From positions 496,001 to 560,000 of the forward strand of contig JAKMXF010000110.1 of the NCBI GenBank assembly GCA_024704765.1: DNA of 64,000 bases. Reading direction: 5' to 3'. This DNA is from Oopsacas minuta. Its lineage: Eukaryota > Animalia > Porifera. This document shows positions 14,398-26,244 of this stretch, one piece after another (positions within the stretch are counted from its first letter, which is position 1; each line of letters begins with the position of its first letter). The notes below the pieces were generated by a model that worked only from the letters and a program-made list of their open reading frames with translations, was not told where the DNA came from and ran no database searches. The position numbers were made by a program, and so were the translations under genes.

Positions 14398-17300
14398 GAC
14401 AGTTTGTTTAAAACAGCAATTACTGGAAGAATATATTCTTCAGCAAAATATTTAGTCTAGTTGGTTTGTAGACAATGTTATGTTGCAATATTTCCATATA
14501 ATTAACTATAATATGTCTATACGAATCAGTCGTAAGTGAGTGTAAATAAACAACAATAAAAGTTCATATTATAGCTTACCGTCTGGTTTAATTAGTCCAT
14601 CCTTTATATACCGAAGATACTGGAAGAACTCACATACGATTGCAATCTAAAAACAGATAACAATCACGTATTTAAATCAAAATATTGATGTGTTACTTAA
14701 TGCCAAAATAGAATATTTATCAGAATTAATTAACTCATCTTATATGGATAATCGCCTTGCAATTCACTACGTGTATATTGTATATGTTTAAACTTTGAAC
14801 TTACTCGTTGTCTTGCTGTTTGATTTATGTAATACCAGTCAGTGTGTTCTGCCATTTTGATTTTGTACTGACAAGGTTGATCTGTGCCGTAGGTTAAGTC
14901 ACATTGGCTATAACACAATAAAAATATTGTTAATATGTTGTGTGTATTTGTTTACATTTTGTATTGTCGTATTAATATTAACAGTGAAGTTCGCTGTCGT
15001 ATTTTGCACGGATTTCCCTTATTAATACACTTGCTATTAGAGCAATTATTTCCAATACAAAATGCACTCTAAGTCTTCGGTGAGTATTTCGAGTCATTTT
15101 CCAACTTAAACAGTTAACTAGAGTTTACTGTACTATTAATAGCCTATTAATATTATTAATATAAATATCGTAAATAACCTTCACCTGTTTTCAAGCGATT
15201 CTGTAGGTAGCTTGCTAATAACTTTCTCCATCATAAATGTATTAGCGTGTATAGCTTCTTGAATTTCATCAGAGAGCTATAACAGGTATGAAAATGTAAC
15301 AATATATTTGTAGTACGTATACAACTTGCTATAACGTAATTTTGCGTAATAAGATCCTAAGTGTCATAATCGAAAAGAGTTGCATTTCCAAATAACGAAT
15401 AATTAATTCTTAAAACACTTTAGTATATATATTGTGTTTGGGATGTATCATATGTTATTCAGGCGTGTTGAAAATTAAAATACGTCAATTCTAATTTGCT
15501 TTTCAATCTTGTGTATTACTTAAATATTTTACAATAATATTTTAGAATAAATAGACAAAGTTATGTCAGCACTTTCGATTCTACGCAATTAGAAATATTG
15601 TGTATAAATAATTACCTCTTCATTTGGGAAGGAGAGACAAGGCTTAACGTCTTGTATGTTGGTCTCAAATATGAGATGAGATGATAATGCTAGAGTAGGC
15701 GACTCCATCCATTCTGCAACCAGCTTACAAAAATTGACAGATTTCTAGAATTAGTGAATGATGATAAATACTAGAGAATTTCGCCTATTAGCTTGTCGTA
15801 TTCCGCAACGAATTTCCTTTGCTAATAAGCAAACTTAGTATGAAAATACGTGCAAATTAAGAGAATATCGCTAATAGGCGAACACCACTGTATCTCAAAA
15901 AATCATTATACTAAATATGTCACCAATGGCATTCCTATTGTACTCTAAGGTTACAAATTACGTTTCTGAACCACAAAATTCCATTGAATAAAATTCCATT
16001 AACCATACCATGATGTCATGCTGTGTGGTGTAATATGCTATGCCATGTTGATCAGCTGATATAGAATCTAATGACTCAATAGCTTTCTCTTCTTTAAGAA
16101 AGGTTGATGAACTCTTAGTTAACCAATTTAGTCTTTTCTTTTTCGAAGGTGTTTGCTTGCCAGAATTAATTCCATTAGAAACTGCACAACTTTTCTCTAA
16201 TTCTATTATTCTCTTTTTCAATGTTTGGGCTTCTTCTTGGAAACATTCTATCTAGAAATTGTTATAAAATTTAATACTGCAATTCTCTCATAATTTACAA
16301 GAAATCTAGTGAAGAACTTAAGAATCCAAGGAAATTTTGAAAATGCCAAGGAACATTCAAGGAAATTATTATAAAGTGTTGTTTAGTATGATATATAAAT
16401 ATAGTAAGGGGGGGATACTGACTTTCATTCCAGAAATATTCAGGAATTATCTCGGGTTAGTACCAAGAAAATAGCAATTATCAGTTAATCCCATATAAGG
16501 TGATAAGCATTATCCAGAATTTGTATGATCAAATTATTTATCAGAGATTACTATGAACTAGTTCAACTATTACGCATAGTTTTACAAAAGTTACGTCTTA
16601 CCCTCAGGAGAGCTTCTTCCAATCTCTTCTCAGCATTCCTTTCTTTCCGTTTGGCTTCATTAACCATCTTGTTCGCTTCCTAATTAGAAATAAGACTATT
16701 TTATCAAATATTAACTGTAACGTGTTATTAATAGCATCTTTCCCTCCAGCCAGAAATAGGAACATCAAAAAAGTATAGAAAATACTAAACAAACCGTAAA
16801 TAAACTCTCTGTTAATTCATTAATCTCATTATCCATGTCTTTTCTGTCTAACATTAGTTTAGAATTCTCTTTGAACTTCGATTCAAGCTCCTACGAGTAA
16901 AGTAATACTGTTACCATACAATCTGTTTACGATCACAATTCTATGTCATACATCCTCTCTGTAATCCATATTACAATATGCTCTGTGGGAACTTATTGAT
17001 TCTTACATTATGTTAATTTCGGTCTGATCCATCCACACAACATTACTGATATTATTATTATTATTTATTAATATTTACTAATTATCCTTGTAATGTTATC
17101 ATAAGGTAACAATTTGTGGCATAAACAGTAAACACATTACATGGCAATATCTTAAAAAGTATTCGTCCATTAATACCATATTTGTGTTCGATAATTACCT
17201 CTCTCTTCCTCTTGCAATGCTGAAGAGATAATAATTGAGAGAGAGTTTATAGGGTAGACTTGTCCGTTCCGTTTCATAATATAGGGGGGGACTAACTACG

Positions 17301-17677
17301 TGTTCTCCGATTAAACCGAAATTTGAAATAGATGGCACTCTATTGAGAGCACAAACTCAATTTATACTGAAAGATCAGTATATACAAATGATAAATTCTT
17401 TCAAATCATTTCTAATAAAATGTCTTACCTTTCTGAGACGTTTAATTTCTCCTTCCAACTCTTCTTCTCTAAAACTAGTGTGACTCTGATTGCTTTCCGC
17501 CGGTGAGGGCAATCTCAATCCATTTGGCGGTAGAATAATCTGGTCAGAATCATCTGAACCTCCTCTAGAATGTGAATTCGAATGAGGACTGTCGTCATCT
17601 GAAGTGTTCACCTCGCAAGAGAGTATAGAAGGTAGACAAGGAGCGCTTGTTGAGAGAGGCGATTGTGCGATAGACAT
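14048..17677 (-). CDS. RAB3IP: Rab8/Rab3 GEF of the Sec2 family (Rabin8/GRAB-like), multi-exon
   Basis: Spliced exons 17677-17429, 17219-17199, 16890-16795, 16679-16602, 16251-16009, 15744-15616, 15276-15185, 14907-14805, 14646-14580, 14163-14048 join in frame. Sec2 coil DNEINELTESLFTEANKMVNEAK (cf. ELEELTASLFEEAHKMV). C-terminal DVKPCLSF, CQYKIKM..WYYINQTARQRIAIVCEFFQYLRYIKDGLIK and KLRANMTLARLG match the Rabin8 C-terminus. RAB3IP versus RAB3IL1 cannot be distinguished. Confidence 0.88.
14342..14397. repeat. (GACA)n microsatellite, ~13 units
   Basis: Directly visible in the last RAB3IP intron. The preceding aaatttgatgttcagattcatttccgatcc suggests a Helitron-type remnant. Confidence 0.95.
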
Positions 17678-18651
17678 TTTAGTTGAATCTTATAAGCAAC
17701 TTACTGTTTGATACATATTTTATACTAATGGACTGATCTATATGGTATGACTTGTAATATATTCATATAGCAAGGCTACTAGCATAATAGTTGTGGAATA
17801 TGCAAATGCACGTCTAAAGGTTATAACGGACAGTGATCATGTGCTATTTTATACGGCAAGGGCGTAATCATAAAGCTACTTGCTTAATTAGCCACCCGCT
17901 GGAATTATGAAAGTTATCGATATTGGATATTGTGAGTTCATATTTAGAGAGTTGGAGATATTTGTGAATCCTTTGGAATTGAGGTATTTCTATGAAATAG
18001 AATACTTCTTTTTATTTTGGTTTCCATTCAGTAATAATTATTGAACAATTTGAAATATCTCGAATTCATGTACCATTAGTTGCTAAAGTATTTGCAGTTG
18101 GAATTTATAGAATCTTTCAATAAGGTTTCTGATAGCCGTACACTCGCGCCAACACCATACTCAGTGATAAATTCTAGGCGCTAGCCCCGCTTTTATTGAT
18201 CAGATGAAACTTATGAATTCCAACTAATCCACAACTGGTTTTGAGTTATTTAGAGTGGTGGAACTTTTTGCCACAATTGCTTGTGGCTCAACCACTTTAC
18301 ATGTCTATATCTCCAAAGCTATGTCCGTTTTATATGTCAAGTACGTCAATGTGCCCTCTTCTCAAAAAGTGAGTCTTGGACAATTCTCCCATCATAACAT
18401 GGCCGGTTCGGTTGGCCAGGTTTCAATCAGTCCAAATTTTCGACTGCTACTAGAAATAGTATTAGTCATCCGTAGCATATTTGCATGCTTGGTTACTCCA
18501 TATATTTTGTATAGGTTGACTTGACCAACTGAATTCTGCTTGTCATGGCCTTACATAACTATGCTATACGTACTAGGCCACAAATTTGTGCATACCATAC
18601 ATTCCAATACTCCAATCTTATCATATTAGCACCTGGCAATCAGTTTGTAAA

Positions 18652-20116
18652 ATGGTAGTATTTGCATGTAATAATTGTGGAGATAGTCTAAAGAAAAATC
18701 AAGTAGAGAGACATGCATTACAGTCACGAGGCTGTAATAGTTTCTCCTGTATGGACTGCTGTAAAGACTTTAATCTACAGAGTTATAAGGCACACACTAG
18801 TTGTGTTTCTGAAGCTCAGAGGTATCAAGGAGCTCTATACGAGGGACCCGAGGATGGAGAGAGTAAGGGCGCAAAGAAACAGAAGATATGGTTTGAGGTA
18901 CAGTTAACTCCTGTTATATCGGAATACCCACTTCGAGATCAAAAATGTACAATATGGCCCCAAACCTTCAAATATCATCGATTTTTATCGAATTTCGCAT
19001 ATTTATAAGTAATTATCACGGCTCTTTGAGCTTCGACATTACGGGAGTTGACAGTTACAATATTGTATATTTTGTCTTATCAATCATTGTTATTATTTCC
19101 CTTTTTTAGCAAGTAAAGCAGTCGATAGAAAGTTCACAACATCTGAGCCCTAGAGTATCATCTCTACTCTCTGCTATTGCTGACTATCCTAACGTTCCTA
19201 GAAAGCAGAAAAAGTTTGAGGTAAGTTCAGTAAGAGTCTGTTTATATTATCCAGTTTGAATACATGTCCGTTTAGAATTTTGTTGGCAACAGTTTGAGAG
19301 AAAGGAATCCTAAAATTATCCAGCAAGTGTGGGAAGCTTTTTCTGGACAGTCAAAAGTAAGATTTATGTAGATTTATCCAATTCGTAAGTATTTATGTTA
19401 CTCCAGTTAGTGAGGTTGGCAATATTCTGGATGTTTAGACACCCAATGACTTCTAGTTATTGCCCTGGGGTCTGATAGTGCCCCTGAAGTTTCCCCGTCA
19501 GCTATAGTATCATCTCACTTTGTCGAATTTAGATACAGTGGATGCCGGCTACAAGAACCCGCTTGTGACTTGTGAGTATAATAAATGCTCTTATAACCGG
19601 CATAAATATACAGGAATATATGGGAACCCTTTTTCAGAGGATGGTGTTTATAACCGCCATGTTCTTATACCCGATATCTATAGCATTTCATTTTAGACTG
19701 ATACATTGGAGAAAGATTCGATAACGAAATTTCCTGAACAAAATGAGTCTATCATAGAAAGACAAGAATTATTACATAAGGAAGATGATACTATTATTTC
19801 AGCGGAGGAGGATGTTAAGATTAAAAAGAAGAAGAAGAAACGAAGAAGAGATGAAACTGAAACTGAAACTAAGCAACTTTATGAAGACAATTCAGAAAAT
19901 TTGATTCAAGAATCTACTTTACCAGATTCAACTACAATCGATGAAGAACCAAGGATTAAAAGTAAGAAATCAAAGCGAAGCCGAAATGAGATTGAAACTC
20001 CGAATGAAATAGAAATATTAGGAGAAAAGAGAATTAAATTTGAAGATTCTGAAGTGAAACTTAAAAAGAAGAAAAGAAAACATAAACACTTGAAGCAAGA
20101 CTTAGAAATTATTTAG
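18652..20116 (+). CDS. LYAR: Cell growth-regulating nucleolar protein (LYAR C2HC zinc fingers, Lys-rich tail)
   Basis: MVVFACNNCGDSLKKNQVERH..FSCMDCCKDF..YKAHTSCVSEAQRYQG matches the LYAR N-terminus; NVPRKQKKFENF motif; Lys-rich NLS-like tail. Exons 18652-18897, 19110-19220, 19276-19356, 19697-20116. Confidence 0.9.
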
Positions 20117-21471
20117 TAATATTTCTAGAAACTTCTTTGAAATTACAGTACAGCAAATTACCAACTATTCTGTCAAACTTGAAGATAAACGATTTATACT
20201 TGTTTTGATGCTACTTTATGCGATATTAAAATTTCAAATATTTCTACATTCTCTCAAATTATCCCACCTCCTGCTGTCGTCCGTCGACCACTAAGAGGTC
20301 CATGTAACCTAGGTTAGGAACCGCTACTCTAGTTAACTAAAAACACTTCTGATTTTAACTGTATACTCAGCTGTAGATCTTTTCGCAGGTAAATATTGCG
20401 ATTGTCTGCGTTACCAAAACATTTATAGATTTGAGAATTGCAGATTATTGTCTGTCACTGAAAGAGCATTTACTTAAGTAATTACAATTTATCAGATTTT
20501 GCTAATTATAACTACAATTTACATAATTGATTTGTCAATTGAATGATTTGTATCCTCCATAGCTATATAGCTAATCCCTCAAGGTTAGATTACATCATGC
20601 TGAACCTTTGTATTAATAATCAGAAGCTATTCAATTGTAATATGAAGTTTCACAACAATTGTATCATATAAAAGACTTTATTATAGTTCTTCTATGATTG
20701 TAATTGTATTGTGGTATAATTACAGGACATATGTAATATAGTAGAGAACTAGTTAATTCATCGGTTCCAAGCCCGAGTTCATGGCATGGCCTCTTTCGTG
20801 GTACACGGACGACAGCAGAGGGTCCACAGGATTTCAGAAATTGTATTGCAGTCTATAGGAGAGTGTCAGAGCGGGTCCACCGGTGAAAACGGTTGGGAAC
20901 GTTTGATATAATCTATTACAGTAATGTTATACACATAGTACTATAATATAGTTATTGTGTATCTGATTTGTCTCAGCCTGTTTGTATGAAATGCCTTATG
21001 ATTATGACAATAGTATTCTAGACCACACAGATATAACCACAGAGATACTGCCAGTATACAATTATACACATAATATATTAACAATACATTATCGTTATCA
21101 GTACACATACATAATGAGAGCCTAATTGGTGGACATAGTTACATTCATTGTTTCTGAGATGAATACATCTACGTATCTTATATGCGGCCTGTTTTGAGAA
21201 GTATGTATATACTTAGACTCCGCTTCGGATCACTTGTCCAGAAATAGAACCATACAAATAGTTACTTCGGTAAATTGTTGCGTTTTGGCGAGTCTTTGAA
21301 CCAAAAATAGTAGTATTTGCCTTTAGGTCACTCTCTAAGAAAACATTTATCCATCGTATCGCTGGATGTCTTCACTAGTATAATACAAAAACTTATTACC
21401 TTATATGGTCATTAAAATACGTTACAATATGTTTATTAGCAAAATTTCCTACAACCACATAGCTTTACAGT

Positions 21472-24400
21472 ATGGATGAGGCTAAGGACTTGATGGGGAG
21501 ATTAGAGAGAGGTGTAATGCTATGTAGAGGAGTATTTGAAGAGTGTGGTACACAACCATTGAATGATAGTAAGTCAGAAGTATTGGAAGTATGTGAATGT
21601 ATTGAAGATATACTCAAGTACAGAATTAAGTGAGTTCTTAAGTTGTAATTCAGCATATACACTATACAGCCAACTGCCGTAATATCAAACCCGGATATAT
21701 GGAAACCTGAAATTGTGCGAGTATAGCACAAACCGTCAAAAAGTAGCATATATTTAATTTTAGTAACTATTAACCAAGTGTCTGTCTTATCCGAGTTCTA
21801 TTTTATGTTTGTTTAGAGATAACTCATCAACTTGTGGAGAAGATAAGGACTATTGGAATTTCTTAAGTGAGAGTCTTGCTCATACAACTAATTCTCCAGG
21901 CTTTGCTAGAGTTAATAAGGCTGTAGTTACAGTATCTAGTCTCACTCACTTAGAAACTCCTCTTGGTAAGGGGAGAGCACTTATTAGATGGGCACTGATG
22001 TATAAGATGCTAGCTGGTGAGTATACCTACATTCCTTGAAAGGAATTATGTGTCGCAGCCTATGTGAGAGGGTGTTCAATTCCTTGTTCTATACTACCCT
22101 TATCTCCCTATAGAGGTTATACAGCATGCGTTAGATGACTCCAGCTATGTCAATAACTGGTACATAGAGGATTCTATTATGCTAGATAATGCATACACTA
22201 ATCAGCTGATTCAATTCTTAGTAGACCTACAAGAAATACAATTCCATCTGCCATCACATGGACACGATCTGGATTCTCATTGGCCAACACAAACCAATCC
22301 ATATGACGTCATATTAGTTAACGGTAGCTTGAGGATTTCTTCTAGTGATGTACCTGATAGACCCAGTACTCCTGTACCCAAGCAGGTACCCCCTCCTCAT
22401 TCTCACAGGTTCATTTAATTATTTAATTACGTAATTGATATTACAGTATACTCCGATTAATCAAATAAGGTCTATGCGTTACGAGCGTAATGAATTGGAA
22501 CACTAATTTTAACACTGCATTTTATCAAATGCTGACAAAAATTTGTCATTTTTTACACTTTTTGAATGTTCAGAAAATGAAAATTCGCCTGCCATATTCG
22601 GCTTAGGACCTGACCATTTTGACTCAAATATCCAAAATATAGCTACAGGTGTTGGCCGATTTACCAGAGTGATTTAACATTGAATACATGGTTTTGTTTC
22701 CGGCAAAGTGACCCGATAACCCAATGCCTCTAATTTATATTCCTTTCTACACAGTAATTAGGAAAATTTGTCTACCATTATTATTCCTATTCTATATTAA
22801 TGTTATGAATTCTTTAGTGTCCCCTGTTTGAGTCATGATACATCTCTGGACTCAATTGCTCTTGAAATGAGTATTCCTTCAGAGATCAGATTAGTCACTT
22901 CTACTCTAAAAGACCTTAAGTTACTAATAAATTCTATCTATGAGAAAGCATTAACTACTGAGATAGAACCTCCTGCACAGTATAACCACGTCAGAAGGTA
23001 ATACGTAGCTATTATTAATTATTGATTTTATTTCAGTGAAAGGTGTTAAAATGTTATTAATCACTATCAGGTGTGAAAATAAGTTTAGGCAAAGCCTAAT
23101 ACCGCTCTTGCCTATAGAACATCTCCCCTATAAGAGATGGTATTCAGTGTTGTTCGCCTAATAGCAAAATTATCAAAGGAAATTCGTGCTAAATTCTACT
23201 TGATAATAATCGAACACCATTGTAACTAGAAATCTGTATTTGTTTACATTTAGGAATACCCTCGCTCATGCATCTCTCGGGTCTAAGGCCCGTATCCACA
23301 CGAGGTCTGGAGTGACTGGAGTAGAGACAGCTTCAAAGCTAGACAGACTAGAGACGATATTGACTAGATTAGCAGAGAAAGAGGATACTAGAGATGAGAT
23401 ACATCTTCTTGAGAAGAGCAAGTTAGATCTTGAAGAAGACCTCAGGAGAAGTAAGAATAGAAATCTAGATTTACAGCTTCAGGTAACAATAATTATTATT
23501 CACTTTAAGTACAAAATGCATGTTAGAGACGCGGAACAATGCTACCGTTTGTGAAAGGTTCATTTCTGTGGGATAAGAAATTCGTTCCATACTTTTCACT
23601 CCGTTTCCACAGGCCTCGCTTGTTGAGGTTACACTGTAGTATTTTGTCAATTTATCTAAAGATTGTATTGTATATATTTGCCATTATTTAGTTGACAGAG
23701 ACACTGAATCAATCAGAAACTTCTGATGCAGAACTACTACAAGAATTAGGAGAGTTACAAGAAGCACTGAGACAAGCACAAGACGCAGAGCAACATACAC
23801 TTAGTGTATACAGACAACTAGAGCAACAGCTTAATGAGAGAGAAGTAGAGTTTGAGATTAATCAGGAACTACTTACACAAGCTGATATGGAGAGAAATGA
23901 TCTTAAAGAGAGGTATATTTATATGCAAGAAGAGCTAGAGGAGAAGTGCTTTCAACTTGATGAGGTACATATTATCTTTATATTGTAGAGAGTAATACTT
24001 TATTTGTCTCATTCAGTTAACAGACGAGCTCAACTCTATGCAAGGAGGCGAGCAGATCAGTGAAGACATAGAGGTAGAACATCCCGCTAATTCCAGTAGT
24101 AACGGTATTCTAATACAGGATTTACAAGATTCATTAAACGATAAGGAAGGAGAGCTAACTAGGTCTAGGAAGGAACAGCAGCAAATGAATACTGTTATAC
24201 AAGCTATGAGAGATGAGAGAGGGAGACTGCAGAAGGAATGTTTGGAATTGAGAGCTCAATTGCCTGCTTTAGAGAAGAAGAATAAGGAGAAAGATGGTGA
24301 GTAATGATTACCTAATGTATTACTTAGTATAGCGTAACCTAGTATAGAAACACCCCGTTTGAAGAAATTACACTATATATGGTATAGCGAATTTGGCAAT

Positions 24401-25867
24401 CCCTGATCTAGAGATCCCTGCTTTCCATAGAGATACACTTCCGGTTTTGACACTGTATTACAATTTCGTTGGGTTGTAGGGAAGTTGAATCAGTTAGAAG
24501 CAAAGTTAACAAACTTCGAATCTTACGAAGAACAGAAGCTAGAATTGAAACATTTACAGAATAAATATAAAGAACTGCAATCTACACATATTCAGTCTAA
24601 TTCAGCTTATAACGAACAAATCACTGCATTGGATTTCCAAATTTCGTCTCAAAAGATTGAATTGGAAGATATGAAAGCTAAATATTTTAATTCTCAATCT
24701 CAGATGTCTATTTTACAAAATGAACTTGATGAACTGAAAAATAAATTCTCTGAAACAGAAAGTGAATTGGTTTTAAAGAGAAACACTCTAAATTCCTGTC
24801 AAGTTGAAATTGAAAGTTGTAAGAATGAAATTTCTCAGTTGAAGGAGAGAAATACGTCAGCTTTTTCTAGCAGTGCTGTAGACTTCGAAAAGTTATCAAG
24901 AGAAAACTCAGAACTATCAAAACAGTTCTCTTTATTGCAGGATGAAAATGAAACACTCCGTGACACAGTACTACGATTCACTGAACAGAAATTAGCCCTA
25001 TTTAACCGAGCTGATGAACTTGAACAAGAATTAGAGAAGTTATTCTTAGCTAAATGGATAGAAGATTTGAATATCAGAAGTTGCGTACTGTGTCGTAGAA
25101 GTTTCTCGAATTCTCTTAGAAAGCATCATTGTAGACTATGTGGGAAAGTTCTCTGTAATGAGTGCAGTCGAGAAAAGGTCTTAACTCCAACTGGGAGAGA
25201 TACTGTACGTTGTTGTGTCGTATGCGCTGATTTCAGAACTCGGTTTCTAGCAAATGCACACAAATCGAAAGACATTGTCAATAACAATACTACGTCACAA
25301 TTAGGCTATAAAAAACAATCTAGTCGTGATTCATTCCTATCAATAACTAGCGTGGGAGAGATGCAAGAAGTTAATATCTCACAAAGTATGGAGTCTAACT
25401 ACACTAGGTCTAGCCTATCACGATCTAGTTTCGATCACAAATCAACAGGCTCTAACTATCTATCAATGTTAGATGACGTACGTGTTAACTCAATCAATAG
25501 CGACGCACCATATGAGTGTTTAGTCGGTGATTATTCTGAGATAATCGTACATCCAAAACGGGCACATTGTGAGGACATAATCGTATCTTCCGGAATGACA
25601 ATAGTCTGGGAGTTCGTAACAGAACGTCCAATACAGTTTAGATTGACTTTTAGGCCCAGTGCAATTATAGGAGTAGACTGCAAGGAGTATGACGTCATTC
25701 CCTTCACCAGCTATGGCTCCACTAACAAAGAACTTCCACACGTAGGACACTATGCTGTAGAGAAGGCCGGTGTATATCGATTAGTGTTCAGCAATGAAAC
25801 TAGCATTCTACAATCCAGGAAAATTTCTTATAAAGTTAAGCTGACAAACACACACAAGTATACGTAA
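21472..25867 (+). CDS. FYCO1: RUN - coiled-coil - FYVE - GOLD domain protein
   Basis: RUN-domain exons KDYWNFL, LETPLGKGRALIRWAL, LQEIQFHLPSHGHDLDSHWPT match the FYCO1 N-terminus. Several coiled-coil exons at 23250-24300. Last exon (~24481-25867) has a FYVE finger (WIED..C..C..RKHHCRLCG..C..CS..RCC..C) and a GOLD domain (IVWEF..YRLVFSNETSILQSRKISYKV). Start ATG 21472 is tentative; an upstream exon near 20977-21052 is possible. Confidence 0.88.
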
Positions 25868-26244
25868 GGCTAAAGCTGATTGTTGTAGCTATTTTGCTAA
25901 CTAACTTTATGTAAATATTTCTATTCTGTAATTTGTTTTTCAAGTTTGTTGTACTTTCGTATGAAGGTGTTGGTAGCTTTATTCATGCAATTCATTGGTC
26001 AGATTTGTCTCAAGAATTATTCAAGGCTTCAATCCATATATGAACTGGCATTTCTATTATACAAATACGTCGTGTGGTTGGATTGCCTATTTCTCTATAT
26101 AAATACAGCGGAAACTCGTTAATACGAATCCCAACGGACGGTTAGTTTGATCCTGAGGTTCTACTGTATATTTTACATTGCAGGTGTTCAGGTCGTTACT
26201 GTATTGCTTGTATTTATAGCTATTATGTAGAGTATAGTGATTAG

